From Eukaryota sp. TZLM1-RC (Eukaryota > Protista > Metamonada: BaSk clade), in the NCBI GenBank assembly GCA_040285825.1, contig JAUPSS010000006.1:372001-436000 (forward strand): 64,000 nucleotides of DNA, read 5' to 3'. A model generated the notes under the pieces. That model searched no databases, had not been told where the DNA came from, and was given only the letters and a program-made list of their open reading frames with translations. Of this stretch, positions 12,675-24,445 are shown piece after piece. The position numbers and the translations under genes were made by a program. Position 1 is the stretch's first letter. Every line of letters starts with the position of its first letter.

Positions 12675-12930
12675 ATAAAAATGAATTAATTTTGTTGAGG
12701 TAAAAAAAGAAACCCTCAAATTAATTCATAAATAAAATGGTTGTAAGAATTAATCCTACAAAGATCCAAAAACATGTAGACTATACAGACACACGTAATC
12801 AGATCTTTCTTGACCGTAATCAACCTCAAACAGTTAAAAACTGAATGATTGATGATTACTCAGTCGTTTATGTATTTATTAATACAGACTCGAAATAAAG
12901 AGAATTACTCTCAATATTTGGTAAAGACTC
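12675..12930. repeat. Trailer repeat, copy 2 (long form)
   Basis: Matches 38305-38565 and rc 62870-63140. Confidence 0.9.
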
Positions 12931-13134
12931 TGTGAAATTCAAAAATATTATCTTAATAAAGATTTAACTCAAAATTATATCAATTTGAAGAAAATGTAAA
13001 ACTAGTTCAAACATCTTACTGAGTTCAAAAATAAATAAAAAAATATGAATAAGATGAAAAAATAAAAACAATATGTCACTAGTGATTTTTTGGACAAAAG
13101 GTCATAAAATAGACGAAGTTGGATTATTCATAGT

Positions 13135-13630
13135 TTAATTAATGCTGGTTAATTCATAGTCATTATCAACAGCATCAACAGCAGCCAGATCATGAACAGT
13201 TTCAGAATCAAAAGTAGAATTACTAGTAACAACTGCAACATCAAAAACAATAACGAAGCTGACAAGGGTAATGAGAGGTTCATCACTAGCACATACACTC
13301 ATAACTTTCCCATCAGAGTCAACTGGACATAAAGTTTTGATATTGGGAAGAACAAAGGTGGAGACAATAGACTTGTAGCAGCACCATGTTCTTGGGTTCA
13401 AATCTCACCAAGATCAAAAAAATAACTGCTTAATTCCAAATGAGTCAAAGAAGATAAACGAAGCAAGAAGTACAAGCCAGCAAAGAAAAGTTGGTGGTGA
13501 AGGGTAGACAAGAATGTTTCATGACTGGGAGCAGAAAACTTGGGCACCGCAAGATGTCATTCATTAGAGTTCATCAACAGCAGAAAGTTTCAGTAAAAGT
13601 GAAGGGAATGAAGTCCAAGAACTAAACCAA
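13135..13630 (-). pseudogene. Surface-protein-like family C2 remnant
   Basis: PNIKTLCPVDSDGKVMSVCASDEPLITLV aligns with TNVKTFGPGDSNGKVVSECTND*PLITLV encoded on the minus strand at ~27970-28060. Confidence 0.55.
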
Positions 13631-13636
13631 GAATGA

Positions 13637-13885
13637 AGAGAGTTGGGTTGGCAAGGTTTCAGCGGATATCTTGAAAGGATTTCTGTAATGTTTACAGTTT
13701 TTGTGTTTCAAAATTCCGATCGATCGGGTTGACAAAAGGAATTAAATGTCATCCAATAGAGAATATAAATCCCAGACATCAGAACAAATGACAGAGAGTT
13801 GGGTTGGCAAGGTTTCACAGGATATCTACAGTTATTCTGTTTCAAACAGCATTTTTCCCATCGATCGGATTGACACAAAGATAAT
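13637..13885 (-). promoter_or_regulatory. Two copies of a conserved 'leader' motif with palindrome CCGATCGATCGG (13716-13727; degenerate in the second copy)
   Basis: Reverse complement matches 61691-61799 (tgtcaatccgatcgatcgg...gaaaccttgccaacccaactct). Regulatory role is inferred from its position 5' of ORF remnants. Confidence 0.5.
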
Positions 13886-13894
13886 TCTGAAGCT

Positions 13895-14290
13895 ATTGTT
13901 GACTTTGTCTCATGTAATGTTGCAAACGATACTTTGGTTCACAGAAGAAAACTTAATCCTGTGGCTGCTCTGGATTTTAAAGCAAAAGAGAAACATAGAA
14001 AATATGATAAAGATATTGAAGAGGCTAATGCTGATAAAAATACACAGCTGGTTTTTATTGCTTTCCCATTTTCGATAAATGGAAGATTATCAGTTGAAGC
14101 AGAAACTTTTTTGGATGACTTCCAAAAAATGGTGAAAGAAAAAACAATGAAAAGATTTGATATTTTTTTATGGCGTTCACGGATTCAATTTGCCATTATT
14201 AATAGATTACCGCGGTTTTTCAATCGAATTAGAGAAGCTTTAGCTAGACAGCAAGCAAATCAAGATTTTGTAGAGGAAATCTTGGTTTAA
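13895..14290 (+). mobile_element. Non-LTR retrotransposon 3' end, restriction-like endonuclease domain
   Basis: IVDFVSCNV...KAKEKHRKY...FIAFPFSINGRLSVEAETFL, followed by an (aata)n tail at ~14341. Confidence 0.8.
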
Positions 14291-14379
14291 TGATAGTCGT
14301 CCCATTAGTTATGATTTAATTTAATCAAGTGTGCAAATTCAATAAATAAATAATCCCCTAACAAAGCATTTAATCAAAT

Positions 14380-14640
14380 CAATAAAGTATGTAAACAACG
14401 GATATGTCGGCCGACACATCAGTCTGGGTTCGACTCCCATTGTGTGAGTTCAAATTTCGTTAAGGATCTTTAAAGGAAGATGAACAACGGAACTGGTGAA
14501 GCAGAAATAGCAGAAAAGAGTTTGAGAGAGTCTATGTGGGTAATGTATCCATTCAACAAAGTCCAAAAAAGGATGATAACCAGAAGGCACACCAACTCCA
14601 CTTTGCATAATATCAGCCGGAATAATGAATTTCACTATTG
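14380..14640 (-). pseudogene. Family C1 remnant with B-box (GGGTTCGACTCCC, 14426-14438)
   Basis: EWIHYPHRLS vs EWYQYSNRLS in the 5560-5796 copy; GSRTQTDVSAD. Confidence 0.55.
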
Positions 14641-15784
14641 TGATTTAAATCCTTATTAACATACGAGACATGTAGATTTTTTCAATATTTAGGACATTGT
14701 AACATTTGTGGTTTATTGACTGTTGGTTTCTGTTATAGACAGCGGTAGACAGTGAAATAGAGCAAAACTAAACCGTTTATTAATGAGTCCGTCAAATAGT
14801 TGTCCCCTCATGTACAACATTTTGTTAAATCAAACTTGACCTTTAAGTGCTATAGATTGTGCGCAATCGGTGTCTAAAGATTGAAAGTTGGTGAGCTGAG
14901 AATCCAGAGGTGAAACACATTGCTTGGTGGTTGTCAACATTATAGATTTGATGGCAGTGATGTTTTAAAACAAAATGCTATTGAATTGAGAAAATTAGTA
15001 CAGCATCATCACAATGATGAGAGGATTGATTTCATCACTAGTGGTAGAAAAATTTACAAACCAGAAAAATTTGTCAAACAATATAAACATTTCCTGGAAG
15101 GAATTAATGAAAACAAAGTTGGACAATTTAAATTTGCTGATGGAGAGCTTTTATACGAACCAATTGTTAAGAATTTCATGAATGATAATACAATATTCAA
15201 ATCAAATTCATTAATGAATAATCCTGACAAAATTTTGACCAAAAGCCAAAAAATCAACAAAAAAATCTGGTGGTCATAGTCTAGAAGAGCCTGATGAAGA
15301 AAAGTAAAAACCTAAAGAGGAATCTGATGATAATGATGGTGGTGGTGTTCTTTTTTTGAGTGGTGAATCAAAAGAATAGGTTGTTGAGGAAGTAAAACCT
15401 GAAATTCCTGATTGCAATGATTTGGAAAAAAAATATTTTGAGTTAAATTTCTCTAAACTTTTTTGTTCTAATAATCCTCTCATGTCACTGACAAATAACT
15501 GCTAATTTCAATTCAAGAAATGACAAGTCAAAATTGGGTGGATCTTGAGTCAAGAAATAATAAAAGTATGCACCAGGGATAATCATTTATCAATATACAA
15601 TTCATTTTTTTGTTTATATTATCCAATTTTAATTAATTACATTTTCTACATAAGCCCAAACACGTTCTACTTTGTTTTGAGCATAAATTCTTTTAAATTT
15701 TTCCATATCTTGCATTCGCTAATCTTTTGACCATAACTCACCTCGTAGTAATACATTCATAATAATTCCAATGTGTTTTTCATT

Positions 15785-16072
15785 CAGTGCGAATTGTGAA
15801 TGATTTTTCACATCTGTTACTGAGGGAGAGAGAGTAGCATTTTATGGATGAGTATGAATCCACCCCAATACAACTAAATCATGTTCTTTCAATCGTTTTA
15901 CATATTTTGGGGAAACATCTGTTGTTAATATTTTTTCGACAGGTGTCACAGAACCAGATTGTGGAGGAATGATCATGTGTGTGATTTGGTATGGATTTGC
16001 ATCACGTTTAACACATAATTAAGCAAGTCTTTCAATGTTACTCTCACATTGTTCTGGAAAATATATCATCAT
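15785..16072 (-). pseudogene. JAMM/MPN+ metalloprotease fragment, AMSH/STAMBP-like
   Basis: Manual translation: YQITHMIIPPQSGS...HDLVVLGWIHTHP*NATLSPSVTDVKNH; two in-frame TAA. Confidence 0.8.
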
Positions 16073-16199
16073 TTTATTGAATATGTTTTTTTGAAATATT
16101 ATATTGAAAATCCAGAGTAGTTGGACCTTTACCAATTCATAGTGAATCATTATTTTAGTTTCATCTTTTTTAAGCTGGTGTTGTGTTAATTTTGGAGGA

Positions 16200-17095
16200 C
16201 TTCTTGAAACTAATTGTAATGGTGGTTGTTGATCAACTATTGAATATCTTCAAAAAACTGATTTGACTAGTATTGTTGGTTGTTTTCTAAATTTAGCAAA
16301 ATTTCTCATCGGATATTTAATCAACCATTGATAATGCTGATAATGCAGCTCCATTATCAATTTCGCCCTGTACTTTCACATTGTTTATTGAACAGTTCAA
16401 CCAAAGTTCCCCGTTAGAACTTGTTTAGTCTCCTGTCACCCTGAATAGTCTAGCACTGTGGATTGAACCGACAGGATTGGACGACTCTTTAAATCTTTTA
16501 ATGGATTGAGGTGTCTATAATTCGTATCAATTTTGCTCATTGTATAAATATTGTTGACTGAATTATGTGTAAGGTTATTATTAAAAGATGTATATTCATC
16601 TGATTTATTTGTACTACGTTTACTATTACGTTTATCTCCTCCCTCGCGCTTTTTTGAACCAGGTCTTCCCAACATTTTAAAACATTTTTCTTCAGGATGT
16701 TTGTTGGTTTTGCATAAGCTACACCTTTGCTCTGAAGATTTGGGTCGACCACTTCTAGAATTCTCTCTAGAACTTTGAAAAGGACCTTTTAACTGGTTTC
16801 GTCCTTATTGCGTGGGGGCGTGTTTGCCAAAAGCTGTTTTGATTATATTGAGGATTCAAGGCTATTGACCTTGTTTACAAATACATTTTCCAAATTGAAA
16901 ATATCATCACCAGTTTCTCATTACTCGTATCAAATTTATCAATCCAAATATTCATAAATATGTCCATCAATTGGCTGTTATTTTTATCGTTAATGGCCGT
17001 GCAGAATTTCATTAATTGACAATTTTGAGAGAAAAATAGTGGGTAACTTTTGGTATTTTTGAACGTTGTGATTCCGAGCATTAAAATTAATTGAT
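16200..17095 (-). mobile_element. Diverged copy of the Rep-exon/gag/protease chimera of 639-1560
   Basis: ORFs 16875..17081 and 16436..16675 match 647..859 and 59617..59871. Confidence 0.9.
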
Positions 17096-19031
17096 TGATT
17101 GATGAATTGATTGACGCTACTTGTTAACACACTTACAAACACTTGGAGGTAGTTTCAATCTCATGGAGTTTGGTCCTTCAGTTTAACAGGGTTGCTATCA
17201 GCACGGAAAGCACGCCGTCTATTTCCAGTTTCAAGAATCCTCTTCCAGTTATTTCGGCAACATGGATTTGGATCTGTGTTTTTCCACAGAATCCACAGGT
17301 TTCCACTTTCTTTGGAGGTCCAGTGAACTCTCTTAGTAGACACGGGTACACTGGTTTCATCGCTCACCGGCTGAATAGCAGTCCTTGTGGTTTTTGTTGG
17401 TTCAACACTGCTTTTAATTAGGCTAAAGCGAAAAGTACCTTAGTTTATATTATATAGCCTCAACTCAAATTATCCTCATCCTAACCCCCATTACATTGTA
17501 CATCTCCTCACTCACAGATAGCAAATATGCTTTTCAAAAACACTAGATTTCAAAATATAATACAAGATAATTACGTAATTTTAATACAAATAGAAACATA
17601 GGATATATAAATTTGACACATGTAAAAATTCAGTCGCCATCTTATGTTCAAAAACGTATTTTTATTGCGGTGGTATTACAAATGTGGAGAGACGAACACT
17701 AAATATTTGTAGGTAACGACTTATCCAACAAAACACTTTGCATAACATTGTACAAGAATTATGAAATAAAAAGACCTACAACTGATTTATGATATGTTTT
17801 GATGTGGAATTAAATTAGGTCTACTCATATTAAATAGAAATTGCTTAGATTGTTGAAACATAAATATATACCAATATTGCTTTATTTCACAAAAATGAAA
17901 AAGAAATAATTACTAAATCAAAACATAATACAATATCAACTACAAAAGTATCTAGTAAAGACATAGTTAAAAGCATAAATCTCAATAAATTGCCAATATA
18001 TATCCATGCTTCGTGAACGTAAAAACAGTGTTCTTGCTCTTGCACAAAAATGTACAACTTAGTGTTAAATTCTTCGGCTTCAACAGATTAAAGAAGTAAC
18101 AACCAATTTGATCTGCTGGCCACATAAAAAAGTCAGACAATCACAAAGATTTCCAAATCAAGAAAATTGATCTTCTTCTCCTCAGAATGAATTTTTAATT
18201 TCTATGATTTTAAAACAACCTTGATGAATGAAGGCTTCGATGGATGTTTCAGATGTTTTTGAGACCAAGCAGAGTACTGCATTTGAAAACAGAAGTTAAA
18301 TTTATACTTTCAAATAACATTTTGTTATAAAAATTTCCAATTAACTTATAGTTATTTTACACCATGTAACACAATAACAACAGCTTTAACATGTCAATTA
18401 TAATTCTTATAGTTATATAGTTCACCTGTCACTGACATGCTTTAAAGCCTGAACGCCTTGAAATGTAGTTATTTTTGTTCTTCAATCAGGATTTTTGGAA
18501 CACAGAAACTGTTAGAAAAATTGGAAAGAAAAAGGATTAATTAATGTTAAGTTTATTATAAAAAACTAAAAAATTTGTTGTATTTCTGAACACGAAACCT
18601 ATCAAAATTGAAAGAAAATATTGATTCCAATATATTGCAATATGGATCAATCAATTCAATTTATATTGATAATTCATTCACCAATTTAATTCAAATTGGT
18701 GGACCAAATTTCCAGTTCAAAATACTGCAATACAATAATGAGGAACCTTGGACACAACTGCTTAAACATTATAATGATGTTTTTGTCCCAAATACTGCTG
18801 TGAAAGACTTCTGGAAAAGATCTGGAATTCAGTCTTGGAATCTCGTGGTTTGAAATCACATTAGTGAAATTTATTTTTCTGGCTAATGTTATGCAAAATC
18901 GAAATGATGTGCCCCCTGGTGACTAGAATGGAGGACTAGAATGGGGTCAACCCAGTGCACCACCCAGTGGATCATCAATATTTGACCAAATTTTAAGGGA
19001 TGCAATAGCTGAATATGGCATTCCGAAACTA

Positions 19032-19964
19032 TTATTGATATTCACAGGTCTCACCGCGTGTCCCAGTAGCCCGCATGGGTAGAAGCATGGAGACCAACTG
19101 GGCAGTGGAGAGAGAGTGCCTTTTCATCACATCAGGGCAGTTATCTTCTAAAACAGATAAACTGTTCAACTCAGATTGAACGATTGTTGCCGCAGACTCC
19201 ATATTGATGGGAAATCGTTCGTTTCTTATTGAATTTTCTAACAAATTTTCACCACCACCAATATAGACGTTGGCTGTCATCTTGAGCCAATGGACCAAGA
19301 TATGCTGGTGTATTTCTTGATACCATTGTAAAATTGACTCATCTGGCTGAATCCCTTGAAGTACACAGTCGGCGTACTTCTTGGGCCAGGGGCAATTTAG
19401 AAACTGAGCACAGCTCTTGAAAAAATGGTGTTTCCAGACAACAGGGCCGTCAGCAAGCAACTGACAAAAGGCTTCTCGCAGTTGGATGGCTCGACTGCCA
19501 AGAAGAGTGGAAAGACACCAAAATCTACCACCGTCGGCTGAGGTGGTTTCATTCAGCCGTCGCCAGGGCCAAAAGCGCTGAACAAGGTGTTGCAGCACTT
19601 GGTAAACCACAAAATGGTTCTCAAATGGTCTTCTTTGTTTGGGCTCACTATGGCACACAAAGTCGAAACAGAGGCTCCAGAACTGGCTTTGAGTAAGCCA
19701 CATTGAGTGTTCTGGGTATTGGAGCACAAATAGTCGTGCTAGGTGAGTAGCATGAGCTCCAATACTAGCAAGAACTTGGAACTGGCGTTCCATAGCTTCT
19801 TGTGCCTCTGAGTCGAAAAACTGGTTGACAGACGCTCCCACAGTTGTAGTTTGTAGAACGTTATCCATGGCAGTCAACACAGAACGGAAACAGTCAGAAA
19901 TGATTGAAAATTTGTTTCCTAAAATTGAAAATTTGTTGAAGTCAATCAATCTTATAGTTGTCAA
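19032..19964 (-). CDS. Hypothetical protein, longest unassigned open ORF (ATG probably ~19869)
   Basis: 310 codons open with visibly higher GC than the flanks; no motif recognised. Confidence 0.55.
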   Translation of the reverse strand: MTTIRLIDFNKFSILGNKFSIISDCFRSVLTAMDNVLQTTTVGASVNQFFDSEAQEAMERQFQVLASIGAHATHLARLFVLQYPEHSMWLTQSQFWSLCFDFVCHSEPKQRRPFENHFVVYQVLQHLVQRFWPWRRLNETTSADGGRFWCLSTLLGSRAIQLREAFCQLLADGPVVWKHHFFKSCAQFLNCPWPKKYADCVLQGIQPDESILQWYQEIHQHILVHWLKMTANVYIGGGENLLENSIRNERFPINMESAATIVQSELNSLSVLEDNCPDVMKRHSLSTAQLVSMLLPMRATGTRGETCEYQ

Positions 19965-20404
19965 TTCAAAATAAAGTTAGCTACAAGTGTTTATTAATGA
20001 TACATATCGTTTAAGATTACTTTCTGAATATTTTCCTTTCTTCAGACAAGAACTACATGTTACAAAAGTTGGTGAGTGGAGTTTGGTTGGGTTGTCATCA
20101 TTCCCCAGATTCGTAATTGAATTTCATTTCATCACTTACAACATTTCATCACTTACTCTACTACGAACCTTCTCCCTACAAATAACACTATGGTCACGTC
20201 TTCTGACACCACAAATCTCAGATTATGTCGGCCGTTGGGTCGGAGATTTTCAAACACAAGTACTACTATAGATGGGGTCAACCGAGTGGACCAGTATGGG
20301 GTCGACCCTTTGAACCGACACCATTTCCCGAACTTGATGGATATGTAAGGGATGCAATAGCTCAATATAATATTCTAAAAGTACAATAGATCTTTACAAA
20401 AATA

Positions 20405-20540
20405 CAGTTGTGAGCCACGATTTCTTGAAAAAGTATCTTTCTTATGTTAAATCTTGTTTCAACCCTCACCTAAACCCTGAAGCTGCTAAACATGCAATTC
20501 ATTCTTACTGTGAATTAAGATCTAAATTCGAGGGTCTAGG
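20405..20540 (+). pseudogene. MCM helicase AAA+ lid fragment
   Basis: DFLKKYLSYVKSCFNPHLNPEAAKHAIHSYCELRS fits the MCM L(R/K)KYI.YA+...P.L..EA...I...Y..LR pattern. Confidence 0.7.
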
Positions 20541-20770
20541 AATGAAGAGTCTCACCCATTTGCTGTACCAATATCTCCAAAATCCTTGGAGGAGTTGAAA
20601 AGGATTGCATAATGGAAGGTGAATTAGAGGTGACTCAGGTGGGATATACACATTAAAAAAGTTTAATTGCTGGAACAGTACTGTGGTTTGCAAATTTCGC
20701 GGATTTCGACCAAAATCATTTCCCACACAATAAATTCCCACACAAATTTCTTCATCTTGCTTTAGTGGTT

Positions 20771-20950
20771 ATGGGTTTGAAGTATGACATGCTTCTCAAC
20801 CCTGAAACCGACATACGTACTCTCAAAAACCATGCAAGCGAAGATACTCAAGTCAGAGCCATTTATACATACTTATGGCTTGACAAGACACAATCAGAAG
20901 TGGCTGAGTTCTTCCTTGTGTCTCAGTCTACGATCTCGAGGTGGCTGGAA
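20771..20950 (+). mobile_element. IS630/Tc1-like transposase N-terminal HTH fragment
   Basis: HASEDTQVRAIYTYL...TQSEVAEFFLVSQSTISRW, homologous to 28966 onward. Confidence 0.85.
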
Positions 20951-20964
20951 AGAAAATTTTCAAG

Positions 20965-21195
20965 GAAAACGCCAATTACTACATATCTTTCACAAATTTT
21001 GCATTTTTTCCGCCCACAAGACAGGTCTCCTGTCTCTACATGGGAAAATTCTTTAGTTCTATATAGAAATTCATTCAATATTTTCCTCAATGATTGGCTG
21101 CAAGCACAGAAATGCAATTTTATTAAAAGAAAAGGTCTTTGTCCTTACCTTGCTTGCCCAGCTCAATTGGCATATAATGTTAAGACAACCTTAAG
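20965..21195 (+). pseudogene. N-terminal fragment of the Rep family
   Basis: QDRSPVSTWENSLVLYRNSFNIFLNDWLQAQKCNFIKRKG matches 49733-49905. Confidence 0.7.
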
Positions 21196-21639
21196 AACCT
21201 CTGATCCTGACCCTGTGAACACAGACACGGCTTTTTCATCTTTGAGTATTGAGCCTCAAGATGAACAACAAGATGAACTCATGGAGACATCTACAACTAG
21301 CACTTGTTTAATCAATATCAACCTCATACCTATATCAAATCAATTTGAAGGGATTAAATGATATAACACTTTCGTGTTAGCCTGAAAAATGGATTAATTT
21401 CATTCACTCAACATGCCACGGAGTCGTTCTAACTCACACTTACATTCTCCTTTGGGTAATGTACGTTGACTTCCACAGAGGTGAGTAAGAATCCGTGATT
21501 CCATTGTACAGCCCTCATATTCTCCACAAACTCCGTCAACAACACCTCATACTCCGTCAAAAAACTGATGACCAAAATTAAGCAACAGTAATTACTGTGG
21601 ATCCAAAAAAGATCCACCTCTGTTCCCTCTCCCGCAGCC

Positions 21640-22335
21640 TTGATGTGTCCTTACCAGGAGCATACCAGTCGAGATTCAATCTCCCGCTATGTTGAGGCAC
21701 TCAAGGTTTACGCTGCTCATATGTCTAATTTTGTCTCGTCAGACATGACAAGATACCCGTCAGCAACCAACTCCCAGTCTCCCTCTAGCTCACGCGCTCC
21801 CAAGGCCTCCTCCTCCGCCTTCGACCGAAATACTATTGAGTCTTTCGCTCAGGAGATTGCTAGCTTGAATTCGAGACTTTCCTCTGCATCCGTTTCTGAA
21901 GAATTTGTCGAAAACCCTTCCGAGCCCGCTACTGTTCTTCTGCACCAAGATGAGTCCTCCCCTGTCATCCACCCTCGAAGTTTCAAACTTCCATCTGAGC
22001 GAACCTATCCCTATGCCCGCAGAGCCTCCATTTCCTCTGAATCCTCCCCTCGACTGTCCTCCTACGAGAGACGCCAAGATTCCTCTGAAGATAGACTCTT
22101 TCTCGCCATGTTCCCCTACGTACTTAACTCCATCGTTCCAGTGGTCTTAGAGACCTATGAAATCTTCGACGGAATAGATCCAACCAATCCTGAAGCTCCA
22201 ATGCACAACACCAGAATGTATGTTTATTGTGTACAACTAATATCAGCAATTACAGAAGAAAAAAGTATCGTCTAACAACCTCACTGATCAATTTTTTAAA
22301 GCCATTGGATCCAGAAGCGTTTACTTGTCATACGA
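21640..22335 (+). pseudogene. Family X fragment with 29-nt intron
   Basis: MHNTR|gtatgtttattgtgtacaactaatatcag|NYRRKKYRL; same intron position at ~9308 and ~47310. Confidence 0.6.
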
Positions 22336-22339
22336 CCGA

Positions 22340-22655
22340 AGCTATAGAAAAATCCCAGGAAAGACGACCGATATATTCCAAGCCAATAACCCGAAAGATT
22401 GCCTGGAAAAATTTGAAAGAAGCCAGTCAAAGAGCTGGAATGCCTCAAAATGTTGGCAGTCACTCGTTGCAGAAATCGTTTGGACTCAATCATTATGAGT
22501 TTCACAAAGTTATTGCATTACTGCAAGAAATCTTTGGACATCATGGTCCTAATGTAACAGAAAGATAAAATGGTCTGACAGCCTAAAAATGCCATGAATC
22601 AACCAAATTTGTTTTTCAAGAACAGTACCAATTTATGGATGACTTCTTTAAGTAA
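22340..22655 (+). pseudogene. Tyrosine recombinase C-terminal catalytic fragment
   Basis: ITRKIAWKNLKEASQRAGMPQNVGSHSLQKSFG...IALLQEIFGHHGPNVTER*NG: HxxR box (R>Q), GH box, and a TAA at the expected catalytic Tyr position. Confidence 0.85.
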
Positions 22656-22929
22656 TATTAATAAATGTATTAGTATTAATACATATTATTAATACTATAA
22701 CTATAATATTATTAGTATTAATAAATGCTCTTCTGTACAAAAAACCATCAAGAAAAAGAGGAGCTGATGTATTAAGCACACCTTTGAAACGTTTAAAAAC
22801 ACTTTTTAATGAGAATCCGTTGACTCAATACAAAAACCCTTCAATGACACCGTCAAATGTCAAAACACAATTTACTCTCAGAATTTTACATTTTGATATT
22901 GAAACTTTGGTGTTGGGTAAAAAGCTCAG

Positions 22930-23240
22930 CCTCTGCGGCCGCTACTCCTTCTCCCACTCAGTATGTTTTTTACTTAAATTGATTTTGCAAAATCCAATAT
23001 CAGTCGCAAATTTAACCACAAGGTTAAGAAGCTGAAGCAGGATATGAAGGCAACAGGCCGTGATCATGAAATTTTTATGTTCATTTTTGATGAACAAAGA
23101 GATGAACTGATCACGACCCCCCTTTTGAAATGGTGGACAAGGTGATCGACCAAGTAATGAATGGTCGATGGCCCTTGACTGTGGTTGACCTCAATGAGAC
23201 CATGTTGAAAAGGGTAAACCAATCCACTCAACAGCATTTG
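22930..23240 (+). pseudogene. Family Y fragment
   Basis: Diverged homolog of 26370-26665, both with a gtatgt intron start. Confidence 0.6.
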
Positions 23241-23849
23241 ACACCCCGTGGGGCCCGTAGTGCCGTTAAAATAAAATAAAAATATACTATTACTATTACT
23301 ATTATAGTAGTAATTACTATGATAATTATTCTTCTTCAAAAATCAATTTGTCGTTTGGTATCAAATCTGGCTATACTATTGTAATGCCAAGATTGGTTGT
23401 CAATTGATGATTTTCATTGTTTTTATAAAGTTGTGGTACGTTTCCAACAACTATTTGTTCATTTGTGCAGTATATGCGTTTGTTGAATATAATAGAATAT
23501 GTGTTAAGCCTATACCATACCGACAATATGCATCCTCTGTTAAGCATTATTGGAACGAAATAAGTATTGAATGTGTCGAAGGATGATAATGGTATAATGG
23601 ATCAAATCCTTTACGGTTAAGAGTTGAAGACCAAGTCATCAATTACAATAAGGGTAAAAAAATTCAATAACATGCAAATATTTGTGTAATGAGTATACAT
23701 ACTTGATAATATTGATGATGAAGTAGTAGAATTACCTTTTCATCAACTTCATCCCGTTGGCATCAAGAGCTTTAGTGGAACAGGATGTATGGTATCTTTT
23801 TATGACCGTGATCAGCACTGGTTCTTTTCCAAGCCCATCCACCTCTAAA

Positions 23850-24077
23850 GGACAACGCCAATTACTACTTATCTTTCACAAATTTTGCATTTCTTCCTGA
23901 ATGCCTACAAGACAGGTCTCTTGTTTCTACATGGGAGAATTCTTTAGTTCTAGCAATTCATTCAATATTTACCTCAATGATTGGCTGCAAGCACAGAAAT
24001 GCAATTTCATTAATAGAAAAGGACTTTGTCCTTTTTTTGCTTGCCTAACTCAATTGGAATCCAAAGTTAAGACGACT
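23850..24077 (+). pseudogene. N-terminal fragment of the Rep family
   Basis: NSFNIYLNDWLQAQKCNFINRKGLCP matches 20965-21195 and 49733-49905. Confidence 0.7.
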
Positions 24078-24445
24078 TTACAACATGTTAAAGTCTCTAG
24101 TATCTGCAGTAGCAGTTTCTATAGTTTCTAAAGGGGCGGCCTTCGACTGTCGAAGATTTGACATGTAGTTGAGATAAATAGACTCACAGTTGTTTTGATC
24201 ATGCAATTGCGGAGTGACAGTTAAGCATATGTCATCTGTCTGCAAATCGGTCACTTTTTTAGAAGGATAACTAGACAATGAAGATGATGATTCATATTCT
24301 ACTTCTATTGATTCACAATTGTTCTGGTCGGATAACTGAGATATAATCAATAAGGAAACTTTTGGACCACATCGACGAGCAGAGAACTTCAATTGTTTAA
24401 TCGTTCTCCTCTCGTGTTGTGAACCAACTCCTCTTGTGTTGATTA

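Noticed and set aside
15785-16072. Alternative genetic code (TAA/TAG = Gln)
   Set aside because: Long TE ORFs lack internal TAR and end in TAA/TAG; TGA stops and frameshifts also interrupt fragments, so decay explains the stops.
20765-21361. ORFs 20765..21361, 36256..37023, 9634..10671 and 22227..22568 as genuine multidomain genes
   Set aside because: Each is an in-frame join of fragments whose separate homologs occur elsewhere in the window.
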